64,000 nt of DNA from Nitrospinales bacterium (GCA_965223795.1 CBDCXL010000002.1:2432001-2496000); one strand, 5' to 3'; shown: positions 47,932 through 57,931, counted from the stretch's first letter. A program made the numbers and translations. Notes: generated by a model from the letters alone, not told the origin.

Positions 47932-49647
47932 CTATCGGTCTATGCTTCCCTCGGGCCGCACGTGACGGAAATCGACCCGCTGCAGAGCTTCGTGAGAGCA
48001 GGCCTGCACGCAGGCGGGACCGGACAGTTGGCCGACGCAAAGATCGCACTTGGTCGCCTTGAGGATCGGCTTGCGCGTTTCGGCGTCGAGGATGGGTTTG
48101 CCTTTCTTGTCATTGATCTCCACCATGCGAATGTTCGAGTAGGGGCAGGAATTGGCGCAGGTCTCGCATCCGATGCAGGTGTCGTCGTTGATCACCACCG
48201 TCCCTTCGGAAAGGGTGCGGTGGATGGCTCCGGTGGGGCAGCCGATCAGGCAAACGGGATCGACACAATGCATGCAGGCGTTGGCCACCATCCAGCGGCC
48301 GAAGGTCTTGCCGTGCCGGATGAACCGGGGGTTGCCCTCATGCGCCGAGGCGCAGGCGTTGACGCAGTCGTCGCAGCGGACGCAGCGGTCCAGGTTGATC
48401 AGCATGGCCTGGGTGCCGTTGATGAACCGCTCCTGCACGGTCCATTCTACCAGAGCTTCGTCCGCCATGGTCTGTTTAAATAGATCGGTCATGCGCCTGT
48501 GGTTGCCGGTGGGCCTGTCGCTTGCGTGGCGGGTTCCGTGATGGATGGTCTCCCAATAGGGAAAGACGTATTTTTCCAGGATCTTCGCCGGGATCTGCAA
48601 AACATCTACGTAACCTAAAGCCGAGATCGACACCTTGTAGGAGACATCCTTTTCCCCTTTCCAGGCGAGGTACAACTCATCGGCGCCGTAGAAATTGCCC
48701 ATCCCCAGGTAGGTGAGGGTGTGGTCGCCGTCTTCCCGCTTGACCGAAACGCGGGCGAACCCGGCCCTGACCAGCAACAGGTCGTCGGGGTAATCGCCCT
48801 GCTTGGCGATCAGCGGCTCGTGCTGGATCCCCGCTTTGCCCATGTTGCGCAGGTTCTTGTAGGAAACCGTCCAGTCGTAGGTGCCGTAGGATTGGAAGCC
48901 GGTGTTCTGCGCCACATCGCGGAGCGCTTCTTCATCGAGATGCTCGAACAGCGAGATCTTGCGCAGAAAGGAAATGAGCGCGTTCTGGCTGTAGCGCTTT
49001 TCGATCATGCGGCGCCAGTTCTCGTCGTGTTTGCGCAGCTCGCGCAGTCCCTGCCAGCGGATTTCCAGCAGCTCGGAGTAGGTTTCGGAGAAGATCGTCG
49101 CGGTGCGCGGAATGCGCCCGAGCGCCGCCAGCTCGCCGAACAGATCGCCGGTTTCCAGGATCGCGGTCTTGTTGGCGTCGAGCACCGCGGGAATGTCCTG
49201 TAAAAACACGTGGCTTTGCGTCACGTCGCCGTTGGTGTGGATCGCCTGCTGGGTGTAGCGGGACGGGTCGCGCACTTCCGGGATCTTGCGGTTGGTGAAC
49301 AGCTGCGACAGGGCTTCGAGCACGCTTTTGCGCGGCGTTTTCTTGCGGCCCAGAAGGTCGCTCGGCAGACCGGGAGACAGCACCACGCGCAGCCGGCCGT
49401 TGAGCGCGAGAAACGCGGAGTTGCCGTAGTCGCCCTCGCGGATCACGATGTCGCCGGGCTTGAATCGGACGATGCGGGTGTCGTTTTTGAGGATCCCCTC
49501 GAGCGGCGTGTCCGGCGGAAAGCGGTCCTTCTCGATCGCGGCGATCTCCGGAACCGCGAGCAGTTTCTGCACGTCGTATTCCGTCATTTCAGGACCGAAG
49601 GGGTTGTTCCACCGGTCCGGCTGTGAAATTTGCGTGACGACTTCCAC
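47932..49647 (-). CDS. Protein with two cyclic-nucleotide-binding domains fused to a DmsB/NrfC-type 4x[4Fe-4S] domain
   Basis: cNMP 'VIREGD.G...FGELAALGRIPRTATI', second domain 'IAKQGDYPD'; Fe-S motifs 'CVRCDDCVNAC', 'CMHCVDPVCLIGCP', 'CIGCETCANSCP', 'CDLC...PACVQAC'. Confidence 0.92.
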   Translation of the reverse strand: MEVVTQISQPDRWNNPFGPEMTEYDVQKLLAVPEIAAIEKDRFPPDTPLEGILKNDTRIVRFKPGDIVIREGDYGNSAFLALNGRLRVVLSPGLPSDLLGRKKTPRKSVLEALSQLFTNRKIPEVRDPSRYTQQAIHTNGDVTQSHVFLQDIPAVLDANKTAILETGDLFGELAALGRIPRTATIFSETYSELLEIRWQGLRELRKHDENWRRMIEKRYSQNALISFLRKISLFEHLDEEALRDVAQNTGFQSYGTYDWTVSYKNLRNMGKAGIQHEPLIAKQGDYPDDLLLVRAGFARVSVKREDGDHTLTYLGMGNFYGADELYLAWKGEKDVSYKVSISALGYVDVLQIPAKILEKYVFPYWETIHHGTRHASDRPTGNHRRMTDLFKQTMADEALVEWTVQERFINGTQAMLINLDRCVRCDDCVNACASAHEGNPRFIRHGKTFGRWMVANACMHCVDPVCLIGCPTGAIHRTLSEGTVVINDDTCIGCETCANSCPYSNIRMVEINDKKGKPILDAETRKPILKATKCDLCVGQLSGPACVQACSHEALQRVDFRHVRPEGSIDR

Positions 49648-49746
49648 GGTCGATGCCGCTCCTGTCAGTTTGGGTAACGATTCAATTTCTGCACCGTCTC
49701 AAGGCGCAGAACCACCCCACGCGCCTTGGCGCCTGTTTCGCTGCGG

Positions 49747-50730
49747 TTATTTGTAGTCGTCCTTTTTCGGCAGCAGCTTGCCCACCGCTTTGGACAAATC
49801 CTTGCCCTTGATGGCGGCCACCAGCTTGCGGGCGTTCTGATCGGTCGGTTTGGCGATCAGGGCCTGGGCCTCGGGTATGCCTTTCAGATGCGCCAGGGCG
49901 GCCTTGGCGTCCGCCACGCGCTTCTGCTGGGCCTGCACGTATTTTTCGTTGTCCGAGCGGGTCAGCACCGAGTTGGCCGACACCAGCTTGGCGGCCTGGC
50001 CGATGACGAAAAACTCGGCCAGCTCCTGGGGCGTCATCTCGGCGTTCACCTTCACGTTCGGCTCGTAGTAGCGGTGGCGCACCGTGCCCTGCGAGTACTT
50101 GACGATCTCGAAGTCCGGATTGATGGGATGATCGGCCTCCAGCATCTTCGCCAGAAGCTCGGGCTTGAGATCGGGATTGGCCAGCCCGTGGCAGAACATG
50201 CAGTTGGCGGCGACGTCGTATTTCATGGTCGGCCAGATGAGACCGGCTTCGGTGGATTTTTTGATGCGCATCGCCTTGTGCTCGGGCGTCTCCTGATCTT
50301 TCTCCACATCTTTGCCGCCGTAATTGTCGTGAATCTCCAGGTAATCGGAGGAGGGCCCGTGGCAGCTTTCGCAGGACGTCCCCGATTTGGCCTTGGGTTT
50401 GTCACCGGCATCCTTCTGCACCATGGTGTAATGGCACAGGGTGCAGGTTTCGTTCTTCTTCATGTTTTTCGACCCGCCCACCGCCTTGAGGATCTTTTTC
50501 GGGGAGGGTTTCTTTTTTTCCTTGTTGTCCTTGGGTTCCCGGTGCGCGTCGCGGAAGGATTCGAAGTGCCGGGTTCCCTTCCAGACTTTGTATTCGGCTT
50601 CATGACATTCCGTGCAGACCTTCACCCCTTTGAAAAAGGGTTTGGCCGAAGCCGAAGACGCAAACAGGCAAACCAGAACAGAAAATAGCGCGATGAAAGA
50701 AAGTCGTGATGGACTCTTGATTGATTTCAT
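49747..50730 (-). CDS. Periplasmic tetraheme cytochrome c (c554/c552-like)
   Basis: Signal peptide; CTECH, CTLCH, 'SCESCHGP', CMFCH. Confidence 0.9.
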   Translation of the reverse strand: MKSIKSPSRLSFIALFSVLVCLFASSASAKPFFKGVKVCTECHEAEYKVWKGTRHFESFRDAHREPKDNKEKKKPSPKKILKAVGGSKNMKKNETCTLCHYTMVQKDAGDKPKAKSGTSCESCHGPSSDYLEIHDNYGGKDVEKDQETPEHKAMRIKKSTEAGLIWPTMKYDVAANCMFCHGLANPDLKPELLAKMLEADHPINPDFEIVKYSQGTVRHRYYEPNVKVNAEMTPQELAEFFVIGQAAKLVSANSVLTRSDNEKYVQAQQKRVADAKAALAHLKGIPEAQALIAKPTDQNARKLVAAIKGKDLSKAVGKLLPKKDDYK

Positions 50731-50947
50731 GATTTCAAGCGATTGAATTGAGCGTTTTTGCGAGTTTTGGGATCAGGATCGTCGTTTGCGGGCGGCCGCC
50801 GGGATTCCCCTATGTGCTGCCCAAATAGCGTTTTCGGTCATTCCGTACTCAAAGTTCCTAAAAAACCGCTGAAATGACAAGTGATTTTTCCAGAAATATA
50901 AGCAATTTCAGATTCGTATTTGTACTAATTTTGACCCCAGACACAAG

Positions 50948-50963
50948 AGCAGAAAAAGTGCCA
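50948..50963 (-). promoter_or_regulatory. Putative sigma-54 (-24/-12) promoter of the leftward cytochrome operon
   Basis: Minus strand TGGCACTTTTTCTGCT (GG-N10-GC), about 220 nt upstream of ATG 50730. Confidence 0.6.
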
Positions 50964-52083
50964 AAAAGTGGGATACCGGCGAAAAAATTTTATTCGTGGT
51001 AAATCAATCGTTTTTAAAAGCGAGTTAAAATAATTATAGAAAATTTGTTTAAAATCGAATAAATAAGTATCAAACGTTGTCAATGAATACAATGGATAAA
51101 TGCTCCCATCACAAAGGCGTAAAGCGATTCCAGCCGAGCCTTTGACCTTTTTAAAACCCGGAAAGTGAAACAAAACCGATGCCAGCATTCTGAGATCCGT
51201 CCTGTGTGTGGACGAGCATACGACGGTGTTGGCTGGGTCGACAGTCACTGTATGAAATTAAAGACAATCCGGAAATGAATTGCTGAATTTGTGCCACGAA
51301 GGATGAAGTCCGCTTCGATTCCCTCGGTTTTCTTGCCGGCAGCAAAGAAAACACAGTTTGTTCTTTAAATTTCAATGGGTGACCCTATTCTAGCATCCTT
51401 TTTCCGTGAAACCTATCCCGCTGGTTGTGTTTTAGGTCACAGTCCGTTATTGCATTGATTCATTTCGATGCCAGCCGGGCTGCGTTCATAAATTTACATC
51501 TATGGTTAATTTATATGGGGGTTTGCAATATTGTGCGTTGATTCGGGGATGAAACTCTATATAAACCAATTATTTGATTTGTAGTTATCGAAAATTTGGG
51601 TAAATGAGTATAAATTCGTTATCATCGTTAAAAATGGGATAATTATCACAAAATTAACGGTGGGAATGGTTCCTGGATTGAGCTAGAATCAGAAAAGTTG
51701 ATAAATAAAAATAAATTGCTACCTTCAGTGTAATTTTTCATGGCCTTCAAGTTGATGAATTCTAACTTCAACCTGATGGCTGTGGGGGAAATCTATGTTT
51801 TTCGTTCGTGAAGTGTGCGGCTATCCGGACAGAAAAAATATTGCTAAGATTTTTAGATTTCTGGTTAAAAAAATATAAATATATTGAAGGTTTGGTTGCC
51901 AAGAATTGATGGAAAGGTTTGATAAGCCACGACTTTAAATTTCAATTGATTCTGGCCTGTGTTTTGCTTTGTTTTCATTATGGATACCGGAAACAAGGTA
52001 ACGGCGGGGACGGGCGTTTCGCCGGTTTTGCCTTAAGGTCATAAAACAGAATCAAAGGGATGTTTTTTTGGGGAGAAAGAAAC

Positions 52084-54099
52084 ATGACCGGACAGAACAA
52101 TACGATGCATTGCAGGTCTTTCATTTTTCGTGTGGCCAGCGCCGTGTGCCTGGCAGCGTTCGCCAGTGTCGCGCTGATTTCCTGTCAGACTCCGCTGATG
52201 GAAGCGGATAAGGACAAAATGGCGAACGCCGCGCTTGCCGATGGCGAAAAGAAGATGGATGGCGGGAAAATGATGGCGGACAAGATGTCCGACGGTGAAA
52301 AAATGGCCGAAGGGTCCGCAGACTCCGGAAAAATGATGGCGAAAAAGGTGATGGCGGACAAGAAAATGATGAAAGGCGAGGGCGATGCCTGGGAGGACAA
52401 GAAGGACGGCGGGAAAAAAGCCGAAACGCTTGAGGATGCGTTCGCGCAGCATGAAGCGCTGTTCGCGGAAAACCGCTATCCTTCCGCGGCCACCTGCCGG
52501 ACCTGTCACCCGAAACACTATAAGGAATGGTCGGTGTCTCAGCATTCCTATGCTCAGATCAGTCCGGTCTACCTGTCTCTCAACAACAAGATCAATCAGT
52601 TGACCCAGGGCACCATGGGTGATTTCTGTCTGCGCTGTCACAGCCCGGTGGGCGCCAACCTGGGAGAATCTCCGTATCAGTCGAACCTCACCCGGCACCC
52701 GACCTCGCGCGAGGGCATCACCTGCGTGGTGTGTCACCGGCTGAACTTGGCCTACAACAAGGTCAGCGGCCGGCTGGCGCTGGAAGAGGGCGACCTGCTC
52801 ACTCCGGTGTTCGGACCGACGGGCAATAAAGAGCTTTCCCGCGTTCTCGACAACAAGGACAAATACCGGGTGGTCACCAAGAAGGAAGGCAAGGGCCGCA
52901 AGATCCACACCCAGGCCAAGCAGTTCGCCGGCATCACCACGCCGACGTTCTGCGGTTCCTGTCACGACGTGACGCTGTTCAACGGTTTCCGGCTGGAGGA
53001 GGCGTTCAGTGAATACCGGCTGTCTCCCGCGGCCAAGAAGGGCGTGACCTGTCAGGACTGCCACATGGGCAAGATCCAGGGCATCCCCTCCGGTTACGAG
53101 CACGGGCCCGCGGCGGTCGTGGGCGGCAAGAAAACCAAGCCGCGCAAGATCACCAGCCACTTTTTCGCCGGTCCCGACTACTCCGTCGTGCATCCGGGCA
53201 TTTTCCCGCACAATTCCGACGCCCAGGAAATGGCGACGCTGGAAGAGTGGATCCAGTTCGACTGGAAGGCGGGCTGGGGCACCGATGATTTCGAGGACAA
53301 CGTTTCCGAGGATCACAAATTCCCCGATCGCTGGCGTTCGGCGACGGACCGTTACGACGCCAGGGAGATCATCGAGTATCAGCTCAAGCGGCTGGAGCTC
53401 ATCAAGGAAAAACGGATGGAAGTCCTGCGCAACGGGTTTCATCTCGGCAGCATCATGACCGAGAAAGCCGATAAGGACGGCATCCGCTTCAAAGTTCAGG
53501 TGAAAAACGCCACCGACGGCCACAACGTTCCCACCGGGTTCACCGGCGAACGGCTTGTGTGGCTGCACGTGATGGTGAAAGACAGCGACGGCACCGTGAT
53601 CTTCCAGTCCGGCGACCTCGATCCCAACGGCGATCTGCGGGACCAGGAATCCTCCTACGTGCACAACGGCGAGGCCCCGCTGGATCACCAGCTGTTCAAT
53701 CTGCAATCGCGATTTGTCGTCGATAACCTCAGGGGCGGCGAGCGCGAGCGCGTCATTCCCATTCCTTACCCCCAGACCGCGATCCCGTTTGTGCGGCCTT
53801 CCATTCAGTCTCTCATCCTGAGTGGCGAGCCGACTACGGAGCGCAACCACCGGAAAGGCATCGAGCCTTTGGGGCATCGCTGGGCCGAGTACAAGATCGA
53901 CAAGGAAGCTCTCACCGGCAAGGGCCCCTACATGGCTCACATCGAGCTCAAAATGGCTATGGTTCCCGCCAACCTGGTGGAAGCGATCCAGGATGTGGGA
54001 TTTGATTTTCACATGACCCCCAGAGAAGTGGGCGACGCGGTGGCCGCAGGTCATGCGGTGCTCTGGGAAAGAGAAGTCGAGATCAGCGTGATCGAATAG
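52084..54099 (+). CDS. Pentaheme cytochrome c lipoprotein with a Met/Lys/Asp-rich N-terminal linker
   Basis: Lipobox 'LISC'; CRTCH, CLRCH, CVVCH, CGSCH, CQDCH; C-terminal 'GHNVPTG..ER'. Confidence 0.9.
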   Translation: MTGQNNTMHCRSFIFRVASAVCLAAFASVALISCQTPLMEADKDKMANAALADGEKKMDGGKMMADKMSDGEKMAEGSADSGKMMAKKVMADKKMMKGEGDAWEDKKDGGKKAETLEDAFAQHEALFAENRYPSAATCRTCHPKHYKEWSVSQHSYAQISPVYLSLNNKINQLTQGTMGDFCLRCHSPVGANLGESPYQSNLTRHPTSREGITCVVCHRLNLAYNKVSGRLALEEGDLLTPVFGPTGNKELSRVLDNKDKYRVVTKKEGKGRKIHTQAKQFAGITTPTFCGSCHDVTLFNGFRLEEAFSEYRLSPAAKKGVTCQDCHMGKIQGIPSGYEHGPAAVVGGKKTKPRKITSHFFAGPDYSVVHPGIFPHNSDAQEMATLEEWIQFDWKAGWGTDDFEDNVSEDHKFPDRWRSATDRYDAREIIEYQLKRLELIKEKRMEVLRNGFHLGSIMTEKADKDGIRFKVQVKNATDGHNVPTGFTGERLVWLHVMVKDSDGTVIFQSGDLDPNGDLRDQESSYVHNGEAPLDHQLFNLQSRFVVDNLRGGERERVIPIPYPQTAIPFVRPSIQSLILSGEPTTERNHRKGIEPLGHRWAEYKIDKEALTGKGPYMAHIELKMAMVPANLVEAIQDVGFDFHMTPREVGDAVAAGHAVLWEREVEISVIE

Positions 54100-54162
54100 A
54101 TTCCTTTAAGCAAATCAAGGGTCTATCACTCACAAACGTCAACGTACTGGGGGACGCAACGC

Positions 54163-55596
54163 ATGAGGTACGCCAAGCTGGAACGGGAATTTCTCTCAAA
54201 AACGGTTGCGGCGGCGATCCTGTGGCTCATGATCGCCGCTCCGCAGGCGGCCCAGGCGGATAGCTGGTTCTCCGCGATCGGTGAAAAATCCGAGGTCAGC
54301 CGGCTTTCGGACGAGCAGATTCCGTTCGCCGGCGTGGAAGGCCTGCCGCCGCGGCCGGGACTGATCTGGGAGTTCGGCGACAATTTCCTCGACTCGGGGA
54401 ACCTGTACTCCGGCTTCGAGCTGCCCACCGGAGCGGTGTGGCAGCCGCGCCTCTGGCTGTTCGCCACGCTGCGCAGCGCGGTGCAGACCTTTGACGACGG
54501 CGTCAACGACCGCAGCTCGGAATGGGTCAACCGGCTGGATCTGTTCGCCAATCTGCAGCTCACCGGCACGGAAAAGCTGGTGTTCGGCATCCGTCCGTTC
54601 GACCGCAACCGTCCCGACCGGTTCTCCGGCTACCAGTTCGAACCCGACAACGACGACGGTTTTCAGGAAGATCTCAACGCGGACATCCGCACCTTCTTTT
54701 TCGAGGGCGATCTGGGAAGCCTGTTTCCCAATCTGGACCGGCACGGGTTCACGGCGCTCGACTACGGCTTTTCGGTGGGGCGCCAGCCGCTGCTGTTTCA
54801 GGAAGGCATCCTGATCAACGACACGGTGGACGCGCTCGGGCTGGTGCGCAACAACATCCGCCTGCCGGGGGTGTCCAACCTCCGGGTGTCGTTCGTCTGG
54901 GGCTGGAACGAGTTGGGGCGCAGCGACGCGGTTCTGAGGGACACCACGCAGATGTTCGGGCTGTTCAACTCGGCGGACCTGAACGTCAGCACCGTCAACC
55001 TCGACATGGCCTATGTGCGCGACACCAACCCCAACGGGCAGGACAGCTTCAACATCGGCCTCTCCTCGACCCAGCGCATCGGCCATTTGAACACCACATT
55101 CCGCGTCAACAGCTCGATCGCCGAGGACGGCGACACGCTGGCCGCTGCGGACGGGACGCTTATATCCGCGGAACTCTCCTGGACTCCCGAATCGTCCGAC
55201 GACATCGTGTACCTGAACACATTTTATACCATTGAGAACTACACCCAGGTGGGAAGGGAACCGGTCGTCGGTGGACCGCTGGGAACGCTGGGCATTCTGT
55301 TCGCCTCGCCCAGCATCGGCAACTTCCTCGCCGAACTCAATCCCTTTGCCAATGAAGTTGCCGGCGGCGCGCTCGGCTACCAGGCTTTCTGGGACAACCA
55401 CAAGCGCAACCTGATTCTGGAAATCGCCGGACGCCAGGACACGAGCGGTGACAACAACTCTGATTTCGCTGTCGGTTTTCAGGTGCAGCAGCAGATCCAT
55501 CAGCGCATTCAGCTGCAGCTCGACGGCCACTACGCCATTCAGGAAGGCCGCGACAACGGCTACGGCGGACGCACGGAAATCCTGATCCAGTTCTGA
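54163..55596 (+). CDS. Putative outer-membrane beta-barrel (porin-like) protein
   Basis: Signal peptide ending 'AAQA'; amphipathic strands and Asp/Asn-rich loops; C-terminal 'GGRTEILIQF'. Confidence 0.75.
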   Translation: MRYAKLEREFLSKTVAAAILWLMIAAPQAAQADSWFSAIGEKSEVSRLSDEQIPFAGVEGLPPRPGLIWEFGDNFLDSGNLYSGFELPTGAVWQPRLWLFATLRSAVQTFDDGVNDRSSEWVNRLDLFANLQLTGTEKLVFGIRPFDRNRPDRFSGYQFEPDNDDGFQEDLNADIRTFFFEGDLGSLFPNLDRHGFTALDYGFSVGRQPLLFQEGILINDTVDALGLVRNNIRLPGVSNLRVSFVWGWNELGRSDAVLRDTTQMFGLFNSADLNVSTVNLDMAYVRDTNPNGQDSFNIGLSSTQRIGHLNTTFRVNSSIAEDGDTLAAADGTLISAELSWTPESSDDIVYLNTFYTIENYTQVGREPVVGGPLGTLGILFASPSIGNFLAELNPFANEVAGGALGYQAFWDNHKRNLILEIAGRQDTSGDNNSDFAVGFQVQQQIHQRIQLQLDGHYAIQEGRDNGYGGRTEILIQF

Positions 55597-55776
55597 TCAA
55601 CCCGCCCAGGGACGGGCGCGGCGCAGGAACCCTTTCCTCGAAATCCAATCCAAAAAAATTTAGCGGCGAACCGAAGTGGGCAGGACGCTGCCATCCTGCG
55701 GTTCGGCTTTCACCGCATGCGTGTTGAACGCTTATCTGTCGGCCTGTGCTGGCGGTTGCGAGGTTGTGGGATTTTC

Positions 55777-55806
55777 TGGCCCCCCGGAAAACCGGGGGCC
55801 AAAAAA
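55777..55806 (-). terminator. Intrinsic terminator downstream of the XRE gene, possibly bidirectional
   Basis: GC stem GGCCCCCCGG/CCGGGGGCC flanked by T and A runs. Confidence 0.6.
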
Positions 55807-55905
55807 TAGATCCCATTCTGATGCGATGCGTTGATGCTTGCTGAATGTGAGGCAATGCCGCGAGGGTTTGTGGGCTCGCACTGCATGTTGAGTGTCGACG
55901 TTACA

Positions 55906-56151
55906 TCAACCCTCAACAAAAATCCGGGAACGGTCCGACAACTTGAAACCCAACGCCAAAAGAATTTTTCGTTTGGTGTCCAAGCGGCAGTCGTATCCCT
56001 TTTCAATCCGATCGATCGTCTGAACGGTGACTCCGGCTTTGCGCGCAAGCTCAGCTTTGCTCATCATCCTTGCTTCGCGTGTCTGCCGGACCTTGTTTTC
56101 CTTCTTGTCGTCCGAATCGACCCCTACTGCATTTTTAGAAAGCGTAGCCAT
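55906..56151 (-). CDS. Small XRE/Cro-family HTH protein
   Basis: 'VRQTREARMMSKAELARKAGVTVQTIDRIEKG'. RBS GGAG. Confidence 0.88.
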   Translation of the reverse strand: MATLSKNAVGVDSDDKKENKVRQTREARMMSKAELARKAGVTVQTIDRIEKGYDCRLDTKRKILLALGFKLSDRSRIFVEG

Positions 56152-56547
56152 AGTTTAAAACTCCAGTATCAATCCCTCCGGAATCCCCTGAGTTTTGATG
56201 GTTTTTGTTAATATTATTGAAAAAATTACTATTAAATATCAACACCCTTTTTGGGGTAATTTTGACATCGGAAACGCGATTTATTTTTCGATTCCGAGGT
56301 GCGAAACCCGCGGTTATTCAACCTGAAACGCAGGGGAATGACAGGTTCGCGCCGCCGGTGCGGGCAAAGTCCGCGAGCGCTGCGGAGCCCGCTGTCCGGG
56401 CGGGCTTGAGGAATGACCTTAAAAGTACCACCTGTTATAAATTTGGATACATCCTGGCTGGAAGGGGGCGGGGCGGCCGCCGCGCGGGCTGTTTGAAAGG
56501 TGTTGAATATTTACCCTTTATTGAAAATCCCCGGCGGGGCTCCGGTT

Positions 56548-56563
56548 TGGCACTCATTCTGCT
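56548..56563 (+). promoter_or_regulatory. Putative sigma-54 promoter upstream of the LuxR-type gene
   Basis: TGGCACTCATTCTGCT (GG-N10-GC). Confidence 0.5.
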
Positions 56564-56815
56564 TATAACAGAGGGTATTCCAGCAGTTTTTTCTAAGGAC
56601 ATTTCATCGTGTGCGCATTGCAAGCGGCGTGGGTGGTCCACGGCAGAAAAAAAGCCTGAAAAACCGGCTTTTTTGGCTTCGGACCGGATCGGGAAAGTTC
56701 TATTTTGCCGCATCTACCCCATTCCGGCGAGTTCGGAAATCCGGTTTCGCAAAAGCGGCTGCTTTGAAAAACTGCTTTTTATCGCTGATTCGATAGGGGA
56801 AAGAAGGCCAACATC

Positions 56816-57931
56816 ATGGGAAAAATTCAACTGCGTCCATCTCTTTCCGAGAAAGACACCGAGATTCTTGAGTCCATCGTCTCTCGACTGCAAGTCGCAG
56901 AGACGCGCGTTGCGCTCAAGGAAGTGGTGGCTTCACACATTCTGCCGCTCTTGAAAGCCGACTCGGCGCTGTACGCGTGGACCGATTCGAACCTCCTGCA
57001 ACCGCAACTCATCGACTGCATTCACATTCCGGAAAAAGAGATTCCGGCGATCAAAAAATTCGTCTGCCAGGACCCGATGGCGGGTTACCTGTTGACGCAC
57101 GAGTCGCCGGTGGTGGCGCGGGATGTCGGGTTGAACAACGGCAGCAAGCCCGCGACGGATCTGTTTTCGAAAGGAAAGTCCCGCATCAAAAAGGGATACA
57201 GTTATTTCAGCCTGAGCCGCTCCGAAGTCATCACGCTGGCGCTGCGCGATCTCAACCTGGGCGCGGGTTTCCACCGCAAGCTGTCGGCGGGAAAACCCTG
57301 GACGGTGCGCGATGTGCGTCTGATGGAGCTGATCCGCCCGCACCTTTTGATGTGCATCAAGTCGATCGTGCTGAAGGAAGAGCTGGCCAAGCACCAGTCC
57401 ATCGTCGAGATCCTGGCGGATTCGCCGACAGCGATCGCGCTTGTGGATGAGGACATGCAGATCACTTACAGCAACCGCACCTGGAACGAATCGCTGGTCT
57501 ACGAATCCGGGCAGAAACTGCCACAGGATCTGACGGTGCTGCTGTTGAAAGAAAGGTACAAAACCGATTCCATGCTGGACCTCGAACCGGCGGGCGAGGA
57601 GGCGGCGAATTTCCGTTTCGGGGACCAGGATTATCAATTGAGTTTCACGCCGGTCCGGCATCACGCCACCGGCGTCAACGGGACCTGGCTTTTGCAGCTC
57701 AAACCGGCGATCGAGCCCGATTCCAAGCTCGACGACCTGATGCGCAAGGCGGGTCTGACGCGCCGGGAGCGGGAAGCCTGCGGCCTGATCCGTCAGGGAA
57801 TCGAGCTGGACGAAATCGCGAAACAGCTTTTTATCAGCCCGCACACGGTGCGGACGCATCTGAAGCGGATCCATCAGAAACTGGGTGTCCACACGCGGGC
57901 CCAGCTCATGGCCGCACTGAACCCGCGCTGA
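56816..57931 (+). CDS. LuxR-family transcriptional regulator with GAF/PAS-like N-terminal region
   Basis: C-terminal 'GLTRREREAC.LI.QG....EIAKQLFISPHTVRTHLKRIHQKLGV.TRAQL'; 'ELIRPHL'; PAS-like 'IALVD...ITYSN'. Confidence 0.9.
   Translation: MGKIQLRPSLSEKDTEILESIVSRLQVAETRVALKEVVASHILPLLKADSALYAWTDSNLLQPQLIDCIHIPEKEIPAIKKFVCQDPMAGYLLTHESPVVARDVGLNNGSKPATDLFSKGKSRIKKGYSYFSLSRSEVITLALRDLNLGAGFHRKLSAGKPWTVRDVRLMELIRPHLLMCIKSIVLKEELAKHQSIVEILADSPTAIALVDEDMQITYSNRTWNESLVYESGQKLPQDLTVLLLKERYKTDSMLDLEPAGEEAANFRFGDQDYQLSFTPVRHHATGVNGTWLLQLKPAIEPDSKLDDLMRKAGLTRREREACGLIRQGIELDEIAKQLFISPHTVRTHLKRIHQKLGVHTRAQLMAALNPR

Noticed and set aside
51400..51960. FNR/CRP boxes in the cytochrome intergenic region
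   Set aside because: Only TTGAT half-sites were seen, with no complete TTGAT-N4-ATCAA palindrome.
52039..54054. 671-aa minus-strand ORF, and similar ones at 19123-20760, 22639-24114, 27340-28821, 54196-55530 and 57973-59697
   Set aside because: Each mirrors a well-supported gene on the opposite strand.
56205..56954. 249-aa plus-strand ORF
   Set aside because: It spans the regulatory region and overlaps the LuxR-type gene out of frame; composition is not protein-like.
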